Assembly: GCA_913060695.1 (NCBI GenBank)
Contig: CAJXUA010000004.1
Span: forward strand, 84,612-148,611
From: an uncultured Gammaproteobacteria bacterium
Lineage (GTDB): Bacteria > Pseudomonadota > Gammaproteobacteria > Pseudomonadales > Pseudohongiellaceae
Direction of reading: 5' to 3'
Length of the DNA: 64,000 bases
In this document: positions 37,552 through 48,000 of the stretch, piece by piece
Position numbering within the stretch: position 1 is the first letter of the stretch
How the letters are laid out: the number at the start of each line of letters is the position of its first letter
Program-made: the position numbers and the translations under genes
Notes under the pieces: generated by a model
Told to the model about the DNA's origin: nothing
Databases searched by the model: none
The model's input: only the letters and a program-made list of their open reading frames with translations

Positions 37552-38877
37552 TCACTGCATAAGGTAGATGGGCAGCGCGGCGATCTGTTCGTCGATATCG
37601 GCCACGCGTGCGACATAGGCTTCACTATTGCGATCGGTGAACTGAGCGGAGAAATCGTCCTCGGTTAGGCCTGCATTATCTCGTGATACTGGCGGCATAT
37701 AATCGGTCTCCTCGCTTGCCATTGAGAGGCGACTCTGTAGCTGCTGGGCCTCGTTCCAAGAGCTTGTCGCGGCATTACCCAGTGCGACTCCGGCGATATT
37801 AGCTGTAAGGTCGCTAAAGCTGAACCCCGAGCGATAACGGGCGTCGTGGACTTCCTTGCTAGTAGAGAGAATGCCAGCAACCCCGGCGCCAACGGTAGCG
37901 CTCATAGCAGCAGAGCTGGTGAAGTGTTGCGCGAGGTCTGGGCGCCGCTGAATGGTGACGTTGAGTCGGCGGGGTGTAATCAAGGCAGCTGCTCCGGGTG
38001 GGTCGACTAGCTGGCTTAGGTCGGACTCGTTCACATAGAGTGATAGTGCCTGCAGCAAGCTGCGATTCTCTAACACTGGGTCGGCCCCTTGGGCGACTCG
38101 CTGCGAGGCGGTTTCGAAAAGCGGGAACATCAGCAGGTTTAAGGAGATGCTACGAGTGCCCTGAGGCTGCTGTTCGACCAAATCGACTAGTTTTCCGAAA
38201 TAGAACACGATGCGCTCTTTGTCCTCAGCGCTTAGAAAGAGCTGCTCAGCCTGAGTCTGTACTCTGGAGATCAGACGTGGCTCCCAATCCATGGTGATTT
38301 GCATGAGATTGGGGGTAAAGCTGATCTCGCGAAGACTTTGTTGCAGGTTTACCAATTCCTGATAATTGACATAGCTGCTGGCCAGGCGCGCCTCGAGCCT
38401 TGCGCTTAAGAACTGCACGAGGACGTCGGGTATTGGCAGATAGCCCATCTTTACTGAGGACAGTTCTAGTCGTTGTGCACCCATGCTGATTTTGCTTTGT
38501 AAGTTGAGGTAGAGTGTCGCAAGGGGGGTGGGCCAAGGCACACTCATGTCGACGCTGGCGCTACCGTCCTGAATCGCAACATCTGCGGTAACCTCTTGCA
38601 TGCCGGGCACGTTCTGCAGCAAGAACGCGGTGAGTAAGTTAAGTTCTGCCGCGTCCAAATGAAGGACAATCTCGCCCGGTGCGCCGATACGTGCCGGGGC
38701 GTTGTCGACTATGAGCTCCTCGATACTATTTATGGCGACGTTATCCAGCGTAGCGTTGAACGGCACAGAGGGGCGCCACTGCAAAAGCAGGGCGGCCACA
38801 AGAATAAGGAAGCCAAATAGGAACCCAAACAGTAGCGCGGGTTTACTTATGTGGCTGATGTAGCGGGACTTTGTCAT
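37552..38877 (-). CDS. N-terminally anchored hypothetical protein (441 aa)
   Basis: It is a long uninterrupted ORF with one TM helix (ALLFGFLFGFLILVAALLL). No motif was recognised. Confidence 0.6.
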   Translation of the reverse strand: MTKSRYISHISKPALLFGFLFGFLILVAALLLQWRPSVPFNATLDNVAINSIEELIVDNAPARIGAPGEIVLHLDAAELNLLTAFLLQNVPGMQEVTADVAIQDGSASVDMSVPWPTPLATLYLNLQSKISMGAQRLELSSVKMGYLPIPDVLVQFLSARLEARLASSYVNYQELVNLQQSLREISFTPNLMQITMDWEPRLISRVQTQAEQLFLSAEDKERIVFYFGKLVDLVEQQPQGTRSISLNLLMFPLFETASQRVAQGADPVLENRSLLQALSLYVNESDLSQLVDPPGAAALITPRRLNVTIQRRPDLAQHFTSSAAMSATVGAGVAGILSTSKEVHDARYRSGFSFSDLTANIAGVALGNAATSSWNEAQQLQSRLSMASEETDYMPPVSRDNAGLTEDDFSAQFTDRNSEAYVARVADIDEQIAALPIYLMQ

Positions 38878-39071
38878 GAGAATTCAGCATAATTGCTGAC
38901 AATTTCCTGTTTTACCGATATAAAGTGCATGCGAAGGGGCGTGACGGAGTCGTCAGGCACGGATGTTGCCCCCTTAAGTTGCTTGACCCTACTATCAGTG
39001 ACTGATTATGGTGTCGTCAAGCACGGAAACGATTATACCCAGACTACAATGGCCAACAAGGATTCCTCACC

Positions 39072-39707
39072 ATGAAACGCATTGCAAATCCAAGCAGATT
39101 AGCGCACGCCCTACAGCGCGTGACTTTAGGCCTCGCCGTGCTAGCGCTGGTGGGCTGCGGTTCAACAGATCAACCACCGGTCGTAGATCAGGCTAATACT
39201 ATCGAGATGCAACGCGAGGCAGAGCAGGCGGCGGCAACAAGGGCTGCCGAGGAGCGTGCTCGCATAGCCAGAGTTGAGGCGGAGCGTGAGCGCCAAGAAG
39301 TAGCCGCGCGCGAGGAAGCCGCCCGTATTGCTCGGCAACAGGCACAGGAAGAGGCGCAACGAGAGACTCAACGTCTCGAGGCGGCTCGGATCGCAGCAGC
39401 GGAGCAGGCCCGTCGCGCCGCAGTTGCTCGGGAGCAGACGCAGCGTGCACGCATCGCGGAGCTAGAGGCGCAGATTGAGCAAATACGCGCCAGTAATGCG
39501 GCGGTGGCCTCCGCGAATACTAAGTTTGAAGAAGCTATAGCCGCAGCGCAGGCACTTCTTGATGCTCTAAACGCCGAACAGCAGAAATACGCCAATACTA
39601 CTGCGCAGGGGGAGTTGCTCGTTCCATTAGAGAAGGCCCGTATTGCGGAGCTGGAATCTCGTAAGGATAGTTTAAAGCGAGAAGCGCAAGCACTTAGCCA
39701 GCAGTGA
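39072..39707 (+). CDS. Lipoprotein with long A/E/R/Q-rich coiled coil
   Basis: It has the lipobox LALVGCGS. About 150 aa of AEERARIA/REEAARIA-type heptad-like repeats follow. Confidence 0.6.
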   Translation: MKRIANPSRLAHALQRVTLGLAVLALVGCGSTDQPPVVDQANTIEMQREAEQAAATRAAEERARIARVEAERERQEVAAREEAARIARQQAQEEAQRETQRLEAARIAAAEQARRAAVAREQTQRARIAELEAQIEQIRASNAAVASANTKFEEAIAAAQALLDALNAEQQKYANTTAQGELLVPLEKARIAELESRKDSLKREAQALSQQ

Positions 39708-39717
39708 GGCTGTCGTC

Positions 39718-39909
39718 ATGAGTGGCGAGATCATCGATATAAAGGCAGCACTTGAGGAACGTCAATTCAAGGCTAAAGAAGATCGCCTTACGAAAATGCG
39801 TGAGGCTTTTCGCTCTGCTAGATTAGGCGCTAATGAGCAGATTAAGTCGAAAGCCACCACCTTAAAAGATGCTAAACGTAAGAAGAAAGGCCGCAAGTCA
39901 AAGCGCTAG
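39718..39909 (+). CDS. Small basic hypothetical protein (63 aa)
   Basis: The ORF starts 10 nt after the preceding gene. It has a lysine-rich tail, KRKKKGRKSKR. Support is weak. Confidence 0.4.
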   Translation: MSGEIIDIKAALEERQFKAKEDRLTKMREAFRSARLGANEQIKSKATTLKDAKRKKKGRKSKR

Positions 39910-40125
39910 CGGCCTTAGCCCCACCGACTAATAATATTTCACTATGGCCTTGCATGGGCCGGTCAAAACCTGCGCTATAGCGCAAATACTTCCCTCTATT
40001 TCCCGTCGAATTACTGTCTTTTTAACTGGCCCGTAAGCGCCGTGTTGCCTGCTTTGTTTGTGCAGATTGGTATGCTACAGTGCGCCGGGTCCGTTAACAA
40101 AAACAACATAAGGGGATACCGTAAG

Positions 40126-42276
40126 ATGCCAGGCATGACTATAAGTATTTCGATTTTGCTTTCACTTTTTGGTTTGGGTGTGGCGTACTTTTATATGCGC
40201 CAAGTTATGAGTGTGCCGTTGGACTTAGGTCTTGAAGGCGAGCAAAAAACCCGACTACGCTTTATTCACGGTGCGATCGCTCAGGGTGCCATGGCATTCC
40301 TGAAGCAAGAGTACAAATTTCTCGCCATCTTTATGTTGGTTTTTGCCGCGATCATCTCGGTACTGATTGACGATAATCACACTCCCGACACTCGGGAAGG
40401 TCTCTACACCGCCGTCGCGTTTCTATTTGGCGGCATAATCTCTATCGCATCCGGCTACATCGGCATGATGATTGCGACTCAGGGCAACGCCCGCACAACT
40501 GTATCCGCACGCAATAGCATCAGCGATGCCTACAAGGTAGCCCTTAACTCGGGCGCCGTTATGGGTTTTGCGCTAGTGTCCCTTGCTGTTTTGGGTCTGG
40601 TAGTGGTGTATGTAGTGATGAAGGCTTGGTTGCCTGCTGACCTACCTAATTATGTGTTGATGGAAATCATCGCCGGATTCGGCCTAGGCGGTTCTACTAT
40701 TGCCTTGTTCGCCCGTGTGGGTGGTGGCATCTTTACTAAGGCTGCCGATGTTGGCGCAGACTTGGTCGGGAAAGTAGAGAAGGGCATTCCAGAAGATGAT
40801 CCCCGCAACCCTGCAGTAATCGCCGACAACGTTGGCGACAACGTGGGTGATGTGGCCGGCATGGGTGCTGACTTATTTGGCTCCTGCGCAGAGAGTACCT
40901 GTGCGGCGATGGTGATTAGTGCGATTGTCTTTGCTGGCAACGTCGATGCTCTACTCTACCCGATTCTCATAAGCGCCATGGGCATTCCAATTAGCCTACT
41001 GACTCTTCTGCTTGTATCGGTCAAGAAAGAAGAAGATGTGTCACCTGCTCTTATGAAGTTGTTGATCATCTCCAGCGCGCTCATGGCAGTCACCATGTAC
41101 TTCGTAACCGGTATGGCCATTCCAGCCGAGTTCGTATTGCGCGATGTTACCTACACCAGCATGGGAATTTATTACTGCTTCTTGTCTGGCCTCATAGCCG
41201 GTCTTGCGGTGGGCCTATTAACTGGTTACTACACATCTGCCGCCTTCAAGCCAGTGCAAGAAGTGGCGAAGTCCTGTGAGACTGGTGCCGCAACTAACAT
41301 CATCTACGGCCTCGCACTAGGTTATAAAAGTACCGTGTTGCCCTATATCGCGATCGCGATCGCGATTTTTGTGTCTTGGGAACTAGGCGGCATGTATGGC
41401 GTTGCGATTGGTTCACTGGGTATGCTCGGTACTCTAGCCATTGCATTGACGATTGATGCCTACGGCCCTGTCGCCGACAATGCTGGTGGTATTGCTGAGA
41501 TGGCGGGTCTAGACAAAGAAGTACGACGTCGCACAGATATTCTGGACTCAGCAGGTAACACTACTGCGGCGATCGGCAAAGGCTTTGCGATCGGTGCTGC
41601 AATCCTTACCTCTCTGGCTCTATTCGCGGCATTCCTAACTAGTGCCGATGGCTTGATGAAGGAGCAGCGTGGGGATGACTACGACCTGCTAGGCTCGATC
41701 AATCTGCTCGATCCTGTCGTGTTCGTGAGCCTATTCCTCGGCGCGGTGCTGCCATTCCTGTTCACCGCGATGACGATGAAGTCGGTGGGTAAGGCTGCGT
41801 TCGATATGATCGAAGAAGTGCGCCGTCAATTCAAAACCATTCCGGGTTTGATGGAAGGCACTGGTGAGCCAGACTACGCACAGTGCGTGGCGATCTCTAC
41901 GAAGGCTGCCCTGCGTGAAATGATTGCCCCGGGCATTCTGATCATGGGCTCTCCAATAGTTGTAGGCTTCCTATTCGGTGTGCCTGCTGTAGCCGGTATG
42001 CTAGCGGGCTCTTTGGTCACTGGTGGCGTACTCGCAATTGCCTCGTCCAATAGCGGCGGTGCTTGGGATAACGCTAAGAAGTTTGTCGAGGCAGGTAATC
42101 TTGGCGGCAAGGGCTCGGAAGTGCACAAGGCCGCAGTCGTGGGCGATACCGTAGGTGATCCATTGAAGGATACTTCTGGTCCATCGTTGAATATCCTGAT
42201 CAAGCTTTCTGCGATTCTCTCGCTCGTATTCGCACCTTTCTTCGTGCAATACGGTGGAGTATTGATGGGCGGTTAA
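40126..42276 (+). CDS. hppA: Membrane-bound ion-translocating pyrophosphatase (K+-dependent type)
   Basis: Motifs [20 protein letters not shown] and DNVGDNVGD are present. [10 protein letters not shown] has Ala rather than Lys, which I recall marks K+-dependent enzymes. The start was moved to ATG 40126. Confidence 0.92.
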   Translation: MPGMTISISILLSLFGLGVAYFYMRQVMSVPLDLGLEGEQKTRLRFIHGAIAQGAMAFLKQEYKFLAIFMLVFAAIISVLIDDNHTPDTREGLYTAVAFLFGGIISIASGYIGMMIATQGNARTTVSARNSISDAYKVALNSGAVMGFALVSLAVLGLVVVYVVMKAWLPADLPNYVLMEIIAGFGLGGSTIALFARVGGGIFTKAADVGADLVGKVEKGIPEDDPRNPAVIADNVGDNVGDVAGMGADLFGSCAESTCAAMVISAIVFAGNVDALLYPILISAMGIPISLLTLLLVSVKKEEDVSPALMKLLIISSALMAVTMYFVTGMAIPAEFVLRDVTYTSMGIYYCFLSGLIAGLAVGLLTGYYTSAAFKPVQEVAKSCETGAATNIIYGLALGYKSTVLPYIAIAIAIFVSWELGGMYGVAIGSLGMLGTLAIALTIDAYGPVADNAGGIAEMAGLDKEVRRRTDILDSAGNTTAAIGKGFAIGAAILTSLALFAAFLTSADGLMKEQRGDDYDLLGSINLLDPVVFVSLFLGAVLPFLFTAMTMKSVGKAAFDMIEEVRRQFKTIPGLMEGTGEPDYAQCVAISTKAALREMIAPGILIMGSPIVVGFLFGVPAVAGMLAGSLVTGGVLAIASSNSGGAWDNAKKFVEAGNLGGKGSEVHKAAVVGDTVGDPLKDTSGPSLNILIKLSAILSLVFAPFFVQYGGVLMGG

Positions 42277-42289
42277 TTCTGCCTGACAT

Positions 42290-42319
42290 AAAAAAAGGGC
42301 TGCTTGCAGCCCTTTTTTT
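42290..42319. terminator. Bidirectional rho-independent terminator
   Basis: A7-GGGCTGC-TT-GCAGCCC-T7 lies between the convergent hppA and 42364..42918 genes. Confidence 0.8.
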
Positions 42320-42363
42320 ATGCTTGAGTCTGTCAATAGGCCCCAAGAGTATTCGGTGAATTT

Positions 42364-42918
42364 CTAGTTCGGGCGTGGCCTTTCGAAGTGATACATGACC
42401 CATTCGGTGTAGTCACTCTTCTCGCCTGTCTCGGTGTCTACCCAGCTGACCCGAACATTGCGGACACATTGGTAAATACGAAACGAGTCGGTGTCTTCGA
42501 TAATGAGTCCACGCACCGATGGATTGAGCGTGTAGTTGGATATCTCAACGAGTTTCCAGTCCTGGTGCATGGTTTGCCCAATGCAGTCGTTGCCGAAGAG
42601 TAGATCTACATAGCTCATCTCTTTCTCAGCCCAGGCATTGGGGCGAACGGTCAGGTCAAGCTTAAGCTGGGCCTGTGTCTTTGGGTCTTCCTCATCCTGA
42701 AACAGCACTGACTCTAGTATGATTTCGTGTTCGCTCAAATTCTGCGCGACCAAACGTAAGCCCGCATCACTCCTAGTTCCCCAAGCGCTGGAATAGATTG
42801 CATATTTGATAGGGTAATCGGCTTCCTGTGTTGAATTCACGGGCGTAGTCAGCCCCTGCGCAAAAGCCTGCGAAGCTGCACTTAGTGCTATTAACATGGC
42901 TATCGATGCCTTAGGCAT
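42364..42918 (-). CDS. Secreted hypothetical protein (184 aa)
   Basis: It has the signal peptide MPKASIAMLIALSAASQAFA. No motif was recognised. Confidence 0.6.
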   Translation of the reverse strand: MPKASIAMLIALSAASQAFAQGLTTPVNSTQEADYPIKYAIYSSAWGTRSDAGLRLVAQNLSEHEIILESVLFQDEEDPKTQAQLKLDLTVRPNAWAEKEMSYVDLLFGNDCIGQTMHQDWKLVEISNYTLNPSVRGLIIEDTDSFRIYQCVRNVRVSWVDTETGEKSDYTEWVMYHFERPRPN

Positions 42919-43141
42919 TCAATTCAATCCTCAGCCGAAGACAGTTCGGCGATACTTGCGATAAACCCAAGCAGGTTAGCGTAAATGGGGGTTTTTTTCC
43001 ATATTCATCTATCTAGTAGACCGGATGTGCGCCGATTGTCGCTCCGCTCCTGTTACGCTTGTCCCCTGTCCTAGCTTCGATGGATAATGCGCTAGACTGT
43101 TCATAGGCCGTAGCGACATAGGCTGCCAAGAGAGAGATATC

Positions 43142-43963
43142 GTGGAAAAACTGCAAGCTGTTAAACATATAATCTGTGTCGCTTCCGGAAAAGGGGGGGT
43201 AGGTAAATCCACTACTGCTGTGAATCTTGCACTAGCACTGCGACGACGCGGCATGCAGGTGGGACTGCTCGATGCTGATATCTATGGCCCAAGCCAGCCG
43301 ATGATGTTGGGTGTGAAGTCTGGTACGCGCCCAAAGATAGTCGACAACAAGTACATGGAGCCCATCAAGGCGCACGGTATAGAGTCGAACTCCATGGGTT
43401 ATCTCGTGGACCCGAATACGCCGATGGTATGGCGTGCCCCCATGATTGTGGGTGCATTCAATCAGATATTGAAAGATACGCTGTGGTCCGATCTGGACTA
43501 CCTGATCGTGGATATGCCCCCAGGCACTGGAGATATTCAGCTAAGCCTGTCGCAAGCGGTTACGATCACCGGTGCTGTGATTGTCACAACCCCTCAGGAC
43601 GTGGCGCTAATAGATGCTCGCAAAGGTATCGAGATGTTCCGTAAGGTGAAAGTGCCCTTACTGGGCGTGGTCGAGAATATGGGGGTTCATATCTGTTCTA
43701 ATTGCGGTCATGCGGAGGCGATATTTGGCACTGGTGGAGGACAGCAACTCTCCGAAGACTACGGCATCGATGTCATCGGCTCACTGCCTTTGGATTTGGC
43801 TATTCGTGAGCACACCGATGCGGGGAATCCTATCGTAGTTGCTGAGCCCGATAGCGCAGTCACTAAGGCATATTTAGAACTTGCGGATAAGGTCTTGGCG
43901 CGGGTTGCAGCTTTGGAGTCGCAATCCACTGCGGCGCCAACGATCACGATGAGCGACGATTAG
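43142..43963 (+). CDS. apbC: Iron-sulfur cluster carrier ATPase ApbC/Mrp (short form without a DUF59 domain)
   Basis: It has the deviant Walker A SGKGGVGKST and the cluster-bridging CSNCGH. It uses a GTG start. An in-frame stop at 43085 excludes a longer N-terminus. Confidence 0.9.
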   Translation: MEKLQAVKHIICVASGKGGVGKSTTAVNLALALRRRGMQVGLLDADIYGPSQPMMLGVKSGTRPKIVDNKYMEPIKAHGIESNSMGYLVDPNTPMVWRAPMIVGAFNQILKDTLWSDLDYLIVDMPPGTGDIQLSLSQAVTITGAVIVTTPQDVALIDARKGIEMFRKVKVPLLGVVENMGVHICSNCGHAEAIFGTGGGQQLSEDYGIDVIGSLPLDLAIREHTDAGNPIVVAEPDSAVTKAYLELADKVLARVAALESQSTAAPTITMSDD

Positions 43964-43993
43964 AAGGGACCGAAAACTCGGCCCCTTCGCCTA

Positions 43994-45697
43994 CTAGATA
44001 GCAGGCTTGCTCGGCTCTATATGCTCCCCAGGAAGACGGATATTGCGCACAATCGTCTGAACTTCTTCCGGCGGAGCGGCGGTGAATTTGCACACGCTTA
44101 AGGCCACTATTAGATTGAGAATAGTGCCAAACGTCCCAATTCCTTCTGGCGAGATGCCGAACCACCAGTGACTCGCGTTACTTAGTTCAGGGCTTAGGAA
44201 CTTGAAGAAGATGATATATGCGGCGGTAAAGCTAAATCCGGTCACCATTCCTGCCACTGCGCCCTGTCGATTCATGCGGCTATAGAAGATGCCAAGTACG
44301 ATAGCGGGGAAGAAGGACGCGGCTGCTAAGCCGAAGGCGAAGGCGACCACCTCGGCCACAAAGCCAGGCGGATTGATGCCAAAATAGCCCGCAATTAACA
44401 CCGCCACAAATATCGCCATGCGGGCATAGCGCAGCTCCTGTTTCTCGGTGATGTGGGGCGCCAAGCAGCGCTTCATCAAGTCATGGGATATCGAGGTCGA
44501 GATCACCAACAAAAGCCCCGCTGCGGTCGACAGAGCGGCCGCGAGCGCACCGGCCGCCACCAATGCCACAACCCAGTTGGGTAGGCGGGCTATCTCTGGG
44601 TTTGCCAATACCATGATGTCGCGATTGACGGTGAGCTCGTTGGTTTCTGGGTCGCCAACATATTGAATTCTGCCATCGCCATTCTTGTCGTCGAAGACAA
44701 TCAGGCTGGTACGCTCCCAAGTACTGAACCATGAGGGCATGGAAACGTATTCCGCATTATTAACGGTGTTCATGAGATTGACCTTAGAAAACGCGGCAAT
44801 CGCAGGAGCAGTGGTATAGAGGATCGCGATGAAGATCAGCGCATAGCCAGCTGAGCGGCGTGCATCACGCACACTAGGTACTGTGAAGAAGCGAATGATC
44901 ACGTGGGGCAATCCGGCGGTTCCGAACATGAGTGCCGCAGTGATGAAGAAAACATCCTGGGTGCTCTTCTGACCTTCGGTATAGGTACCAAATCCCAATT
45001 GTTCACTCACACCATCGAGGCGGTCGAGTAGATAGCCACCCCCATATTCCGGCGTAAGTTCTGAGCCAAAACCCAGTTGCGGAATCGGGTTGCCTGTCAT
45101 CATGAGTGAAATAAAGACAGCGGGCACCATATAGGCAAAGATGAGGACGCAGTATTGCGCGACTTGGGTATAGGTAATGCCCTTCATGCCACCGAGCACG
45201 GCATAGAAAAACACGATGGCCATGCCGATGATCACCCCTGTGGTGATGTCCACCTCTAGGAAGCGAGAGAAGACGATTCCTGCGCCTTGCATCTGCCCGC
45301 ATACATAGACGAAGGACACAACAATTGCACAGAACACTGCGGTGAGACGTGCGCTCTGGGAGTAGTAGCGCTCGCCGATGAAGGCTGGCACTGTGAATTT
45401 ACCGAATTTACGCAGATAGGGTGCAAGTAGCAGGGCGAGTAAGACATAGCCGCCGGTCCAGCCCATCAAGTAATAGGTGCCGTCGCGGCCTAGAAAAGAG
45501 ATGAGGCCTGCCATGGAAATGAAAGAGGCGGCAGACATCCAATCGGCCGCTGTGGCCATGCCGTTGACCAGCGGCTTCACGCCGCCACCGGCTACATAGA
45601 AATCGTGAGTGGAACCTGCCCGTGACCACACGGCAATGCCGATATAGAGGCTAAAGGAGAGGAAAACGAATAAGTATGTCCACAGCTGTACGCTCAT
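43994..45697 (-). CDS. Sodium:solute symporter family transporter (ActP-like cation/acetate symporter)
   Basis: It is about 567 aa with about 13 TM helices. The start was moved to MSVQLWTYLF, which overlaps the DUF4212 stop (ATGA). Confidence 0.88.
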   Translation of the reverse strand: MSVQLWTYLFVFLSFSLYIGIAVWSRAGSTHDFYVAGGGVKPLVNGMATAADWMSAASFISMAGLISFLGRDGTYYLMGWTGGYVLLALLLAPYLRKFGKFTVPAFIGERYYSQSARLTAVFCAIVVSFVYVCGQMQGAGIVFSRFLEVDITTGVIIGMAIVFFYAVLGGMKGITYTQVAQYCVLIFAYMVPAVFISLMMTGNPIPQLGFGSELTPEYGGGYLLDRLDGVSEQLGFGTYTEGQKSTQDVFFITAALMFGTAGLPHVIIRFFTVPSVRDARRSAGYALIFIAILYTTAPAIAAFSKVNLMNTVNNAEYVSMPSWFSTWERTSLIVFDDKNGDGRIQYVGDPETNELTVNRDIMVLANPEIARLPNWVVALVAAGALAAALSTAAGLLLVISTSISHDLMKRCLAPHITEKQELRYARMAIFVAVLIAGYFGINPPGFVAEVVAFAFGLAAASFFPAIVLGIFYSRMNRQGAVAGMVTGFSFTAAYIIFFKFLSPELSNASHWWFGISPEGIGTFGTILNLIVALSVCKFTAAPPEEVQTIVRNIRLPGEHIEPSKPAI

Positions 45698-45993
45698 GAT
45701 TGCTCCTCGATGTTTGTGTCGGAGGAGTCGGCAGACTGAGTCTGGTCGAGCTTGTACTGGTGGTCTAACTTGTCCATTTGGCGTATGTAGACGTAAATTA
45801 GAATCACAAAGCCGTAGATAGAGCCCTGTTGCGCCATCCAGAAACCGAGTTTGAATCCGCCGATGCGAAATTGATCGAGGAAATCGGCAAGAAGGATGCC
45901 ACAGCCAAAAGAGATGAAAAACCATACACAGAGTAGGCGAAGAACGATCCTGACATTAGCTTGCCAGTACGAGCGCGCGTTTTTATCGGACAT
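45694..45993 (-). CDS. DUF4212-type small membrane subunit of solute:sodium symporter
   Basis: The 99-aa protein has two TM helices and YWQANVRIV...GFWMAQQGSIYGFV, which is typical of the family. It is translationally coupled to the symporter. Confidence 0.8.
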   Translation of the reverse strand: MSDKNARSYWQANVRIVLRLLCVWFFISFGCGILLADFLDQFRIGGFKLGFWMAQQGSIYGFVILIYVYIRQMDKLDHQYKLDQTQSADSSDTNIEEQS

Positions 45994-46258
45994 CGAAGGC
46001 CTCTTTGTTTTTAGTATGTAATTTATTGATTATTATATTTATTATTTAAATCATAAGGCGCAATTCGCACCGATGTTAGCACTAAAAAAATTGCGCGTAC
46101 ACCGCCTCGCGGAGCGTTAGATGCTGTATTGAAACGCTGGTTTTTCAAGTAACCCACTGAGAAGGCGGTTTGGCTCGTTTCGAGTTGCTTATTCGATTTG
46201 ATGACGTACTATTCACTAGGTAAATGAAAGCGTTATATATCATCAAGGATTTAGCTCT

Positions 46259-47158
46259 ATGGCGTCAAAGCGTTGCGACCTCAATCTCTTCCTCGTGTTC
46301 GATACGATCTATACCGAGCGTAATCTCACGCAGGCGGCGAAATCTCTGGCAATCACCCAACCAGCGGTGAGTAATGCCTTGGCAAGGCTGCGCAAGCTAT
46401 TCAACGATGAGCTGTTCGTGCGTTCTGCGCGAGGAATGCAACCGACACCTGTTGCAGATAGTATCGCTCAGAATATCTCTGAAGCGCTTGGCCTGCTTAA
46501 GAGCAGCGTTCTGGAACGTGAGGCATTCGACCCGGCTTTCACCGAACGAACTTTTCAGTTCAGTATGACCGACCTGACCGAGGCGGTGGTACTTCCCAAG
46601 TTGATTCCATTCTTCGAAGAGACGGCTCCAAATGTAACCTTGCAGAGTTACTACGTGAAGCGGCAGGAGTTAGTGCGCAATCTATCCCGAGGCGAGCTCG
46701 ACTTTGCGGTGGACGTGCCCGTCATCGAGGACCCACAGCTCTGCCACGCGTCTTTGTTTAGCGATGGCTATGTGTGCGTGTTGCGACATGGGCATCCGGC
46801 ATTGGAGAAAGAGTTCACGCTAGCGACGTTCTTGGAGCTGCAGCATATTCACGTTTCGAGCCGCCGTAAGGGCTTGGGACAGGTAGACTTAGCGCTATTG
46901 AGGTGCGACGAGGAGCGCAATATTAAGTTGCGCGTGCAACACTATAGAGTGGCTGCGGCTATAGTGGGTTCGACAGATCTTGCGCTCAGTTTACCGCGCT
47001 ACTTAGCTAAGGAATTTGATCTTGCGATTCTACCTTTGCCGTTCAATGTAGCGCAGCTAGATTTCCACCTCTATTGGCATCGGCAATCCGACAGCGATAG
47101 TTCTCATCGGTGGCTGCGCGAGGCCATGCTTGAACTGTTTAAGGCTCCGAATGAGTGA
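46259..47158 (+). CDS. LysR-family transcriptional regulator
   Basis: It has the N-terminal wHTH LNLFLVFDTIYTERNLTQAAKSLAITQPAVSNALARLR. It is divergent from the DUF4212-symporter operon. Confidence 0.9.
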   Translation: MASKRCDLNLFLVFDTIYTERNLTQAAKSLAITQPAVSNALARLRKLFNDELFVRSARGMQPTPVADSIAQNISEALGLLKSSVLEREAFDPAFTERTFQFSMTDLTEAVVLPKLIPFFEETAPNVTLQSYYVKRQELVRNLSRGELDFAVDVPVIEDPQLCHASLFSDGYVCVLRHGHPALEKEFTLATFLELQHIHVSSRRKGLGQVDLALLRCDEERNIKLRVQHYRVAAAIVGSTDLALSLPRYLAKEFDLAILPLPFNVAQLDFHLYWHRQSDSDSSHRWLREAMLELFKAPNE

Positions 47159-47164
47159 AGACGC

Positions 47165-47671
47165 TTACTCGATAAACTCTTTAATGTAGTTGAGCAACTT
47201 GCGGCGATGTACACGCGCCATCTCTTCGTTCTCTTTCGTGTAATTGCGCATAATCTGCCGAAGCGCCTGACGCTCCGCCAATGGCCAGGTATCGACAAAA
47301 GCACTGATATCTTCCTCGCCTCCTTCCAAGAGGCGATCACCCCATTGCTCGATCAATTGTGCACGTCGCACCTGCGCATGATCGGGCGTGCGCATCTTGT
47401 CTAGCTCGGCTTGAATCTCTTCATGATTGCTGGCGCGCATTACTTTGCCAATAAACTGCAGTTGGCGCCTTTTTGCACCATGGCTATTAGGGAGTCTATT
47501 GTATTCATCCAGTGCCGAGCGCAGGGTCTCAGACAGTGGCAGCTTCTCGAGCTGTTTCTTGTTCAGCGTCGTAAGATCTTGACCAAGATCTTGCAAGGCG
47601 GTCATGTCACGCTTTACTTGTGACTTGCTGGGTGGCTCTAAGGACCAGTCGATTTCTTCGTGTTGCTTCAT
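47165..47671 (-). CDS. yjgA: Ribosome-associated protein YjgA (DUF615)
   Basis: It has SKSQVKRDMTALQDLG and RRQLQFIGKVMR, which are typical of the family. It is 168 aa. Confidence 0.85.
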   Translation of the reverse strand: MKQHEEIDWSLEPPSKSQVKRDMTALQDLGQDLTTLNKKQLEKLPLSETLRSALDEYNRLPNSHGAKRRQLQFIGKVMRASNHEEIQAELDKMRTPDHAQVRRAQLIEQWGDRLLEGGEEDISAFVDTWPLAERQALRQIMRNYTKENEEMARVHRRKLLNYIKEFIE

Positions 47672-47728
47672 GCCGCATCCTATTGTGGAGTATTTGGGCT
47701 TTAATTGAGGCGAGGCTTAAGCTTCGCG

Positions 47729-47995
47729 TTATTCGCTCTCGTCGAAGCGGTTGTTGACTAGCGTGGTGATGGCATCTAGTGCATCCGCCTCATCAGGTCC
47801 GTCGATGTGGATGTTCAATACGGTGCCCTTACTAGCGGCTAGCATCATGAGCGATAAAATGCTTTTACCGTCGACCATTTTGTCTTGGCCTACCTTAATG
47901 TGGCTGTTAAAGGCAGAGCTTACCGAGACCATTCTCGCGGCGGCGCGTGCGTGTAACCCAGCTTTATTGCAAATTGTGAGAGTGGATTTAATCAT
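47729..47995 (-). CDS. ptsO: HPr-family phosphocarrier NPr
   Basis: It has NKAGLHARAA (the phosphorylated His region), is 88 aa, and lies downstream of rapZ. Confidence 0.9.
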   Translation of the reverse strand: MIKSTLTICNKAGLHARAAARMVSVSSAFNSHIKVGQDKMVDGKSILSLMMLAASKGTVLNIHIDGPDEADALDAITTLVNNRFDESE

Positions 47996-48000
47996 GACTC

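Noticed and set aside
43009-43254. An 81-aa minus-strand ORF upstream of and overlapping apbC, and the idea that apbC is a truncated pseudogene lacking its DUF59 N-terminal domain
   Set aside because: The antisense ORF has no support. The apbC frame is closed by a stop at 43085, and no N-terminal-domain remnant is visible in any upstream frame. Short Mrp/ApbC forms of about 270 aa are a normal variant.
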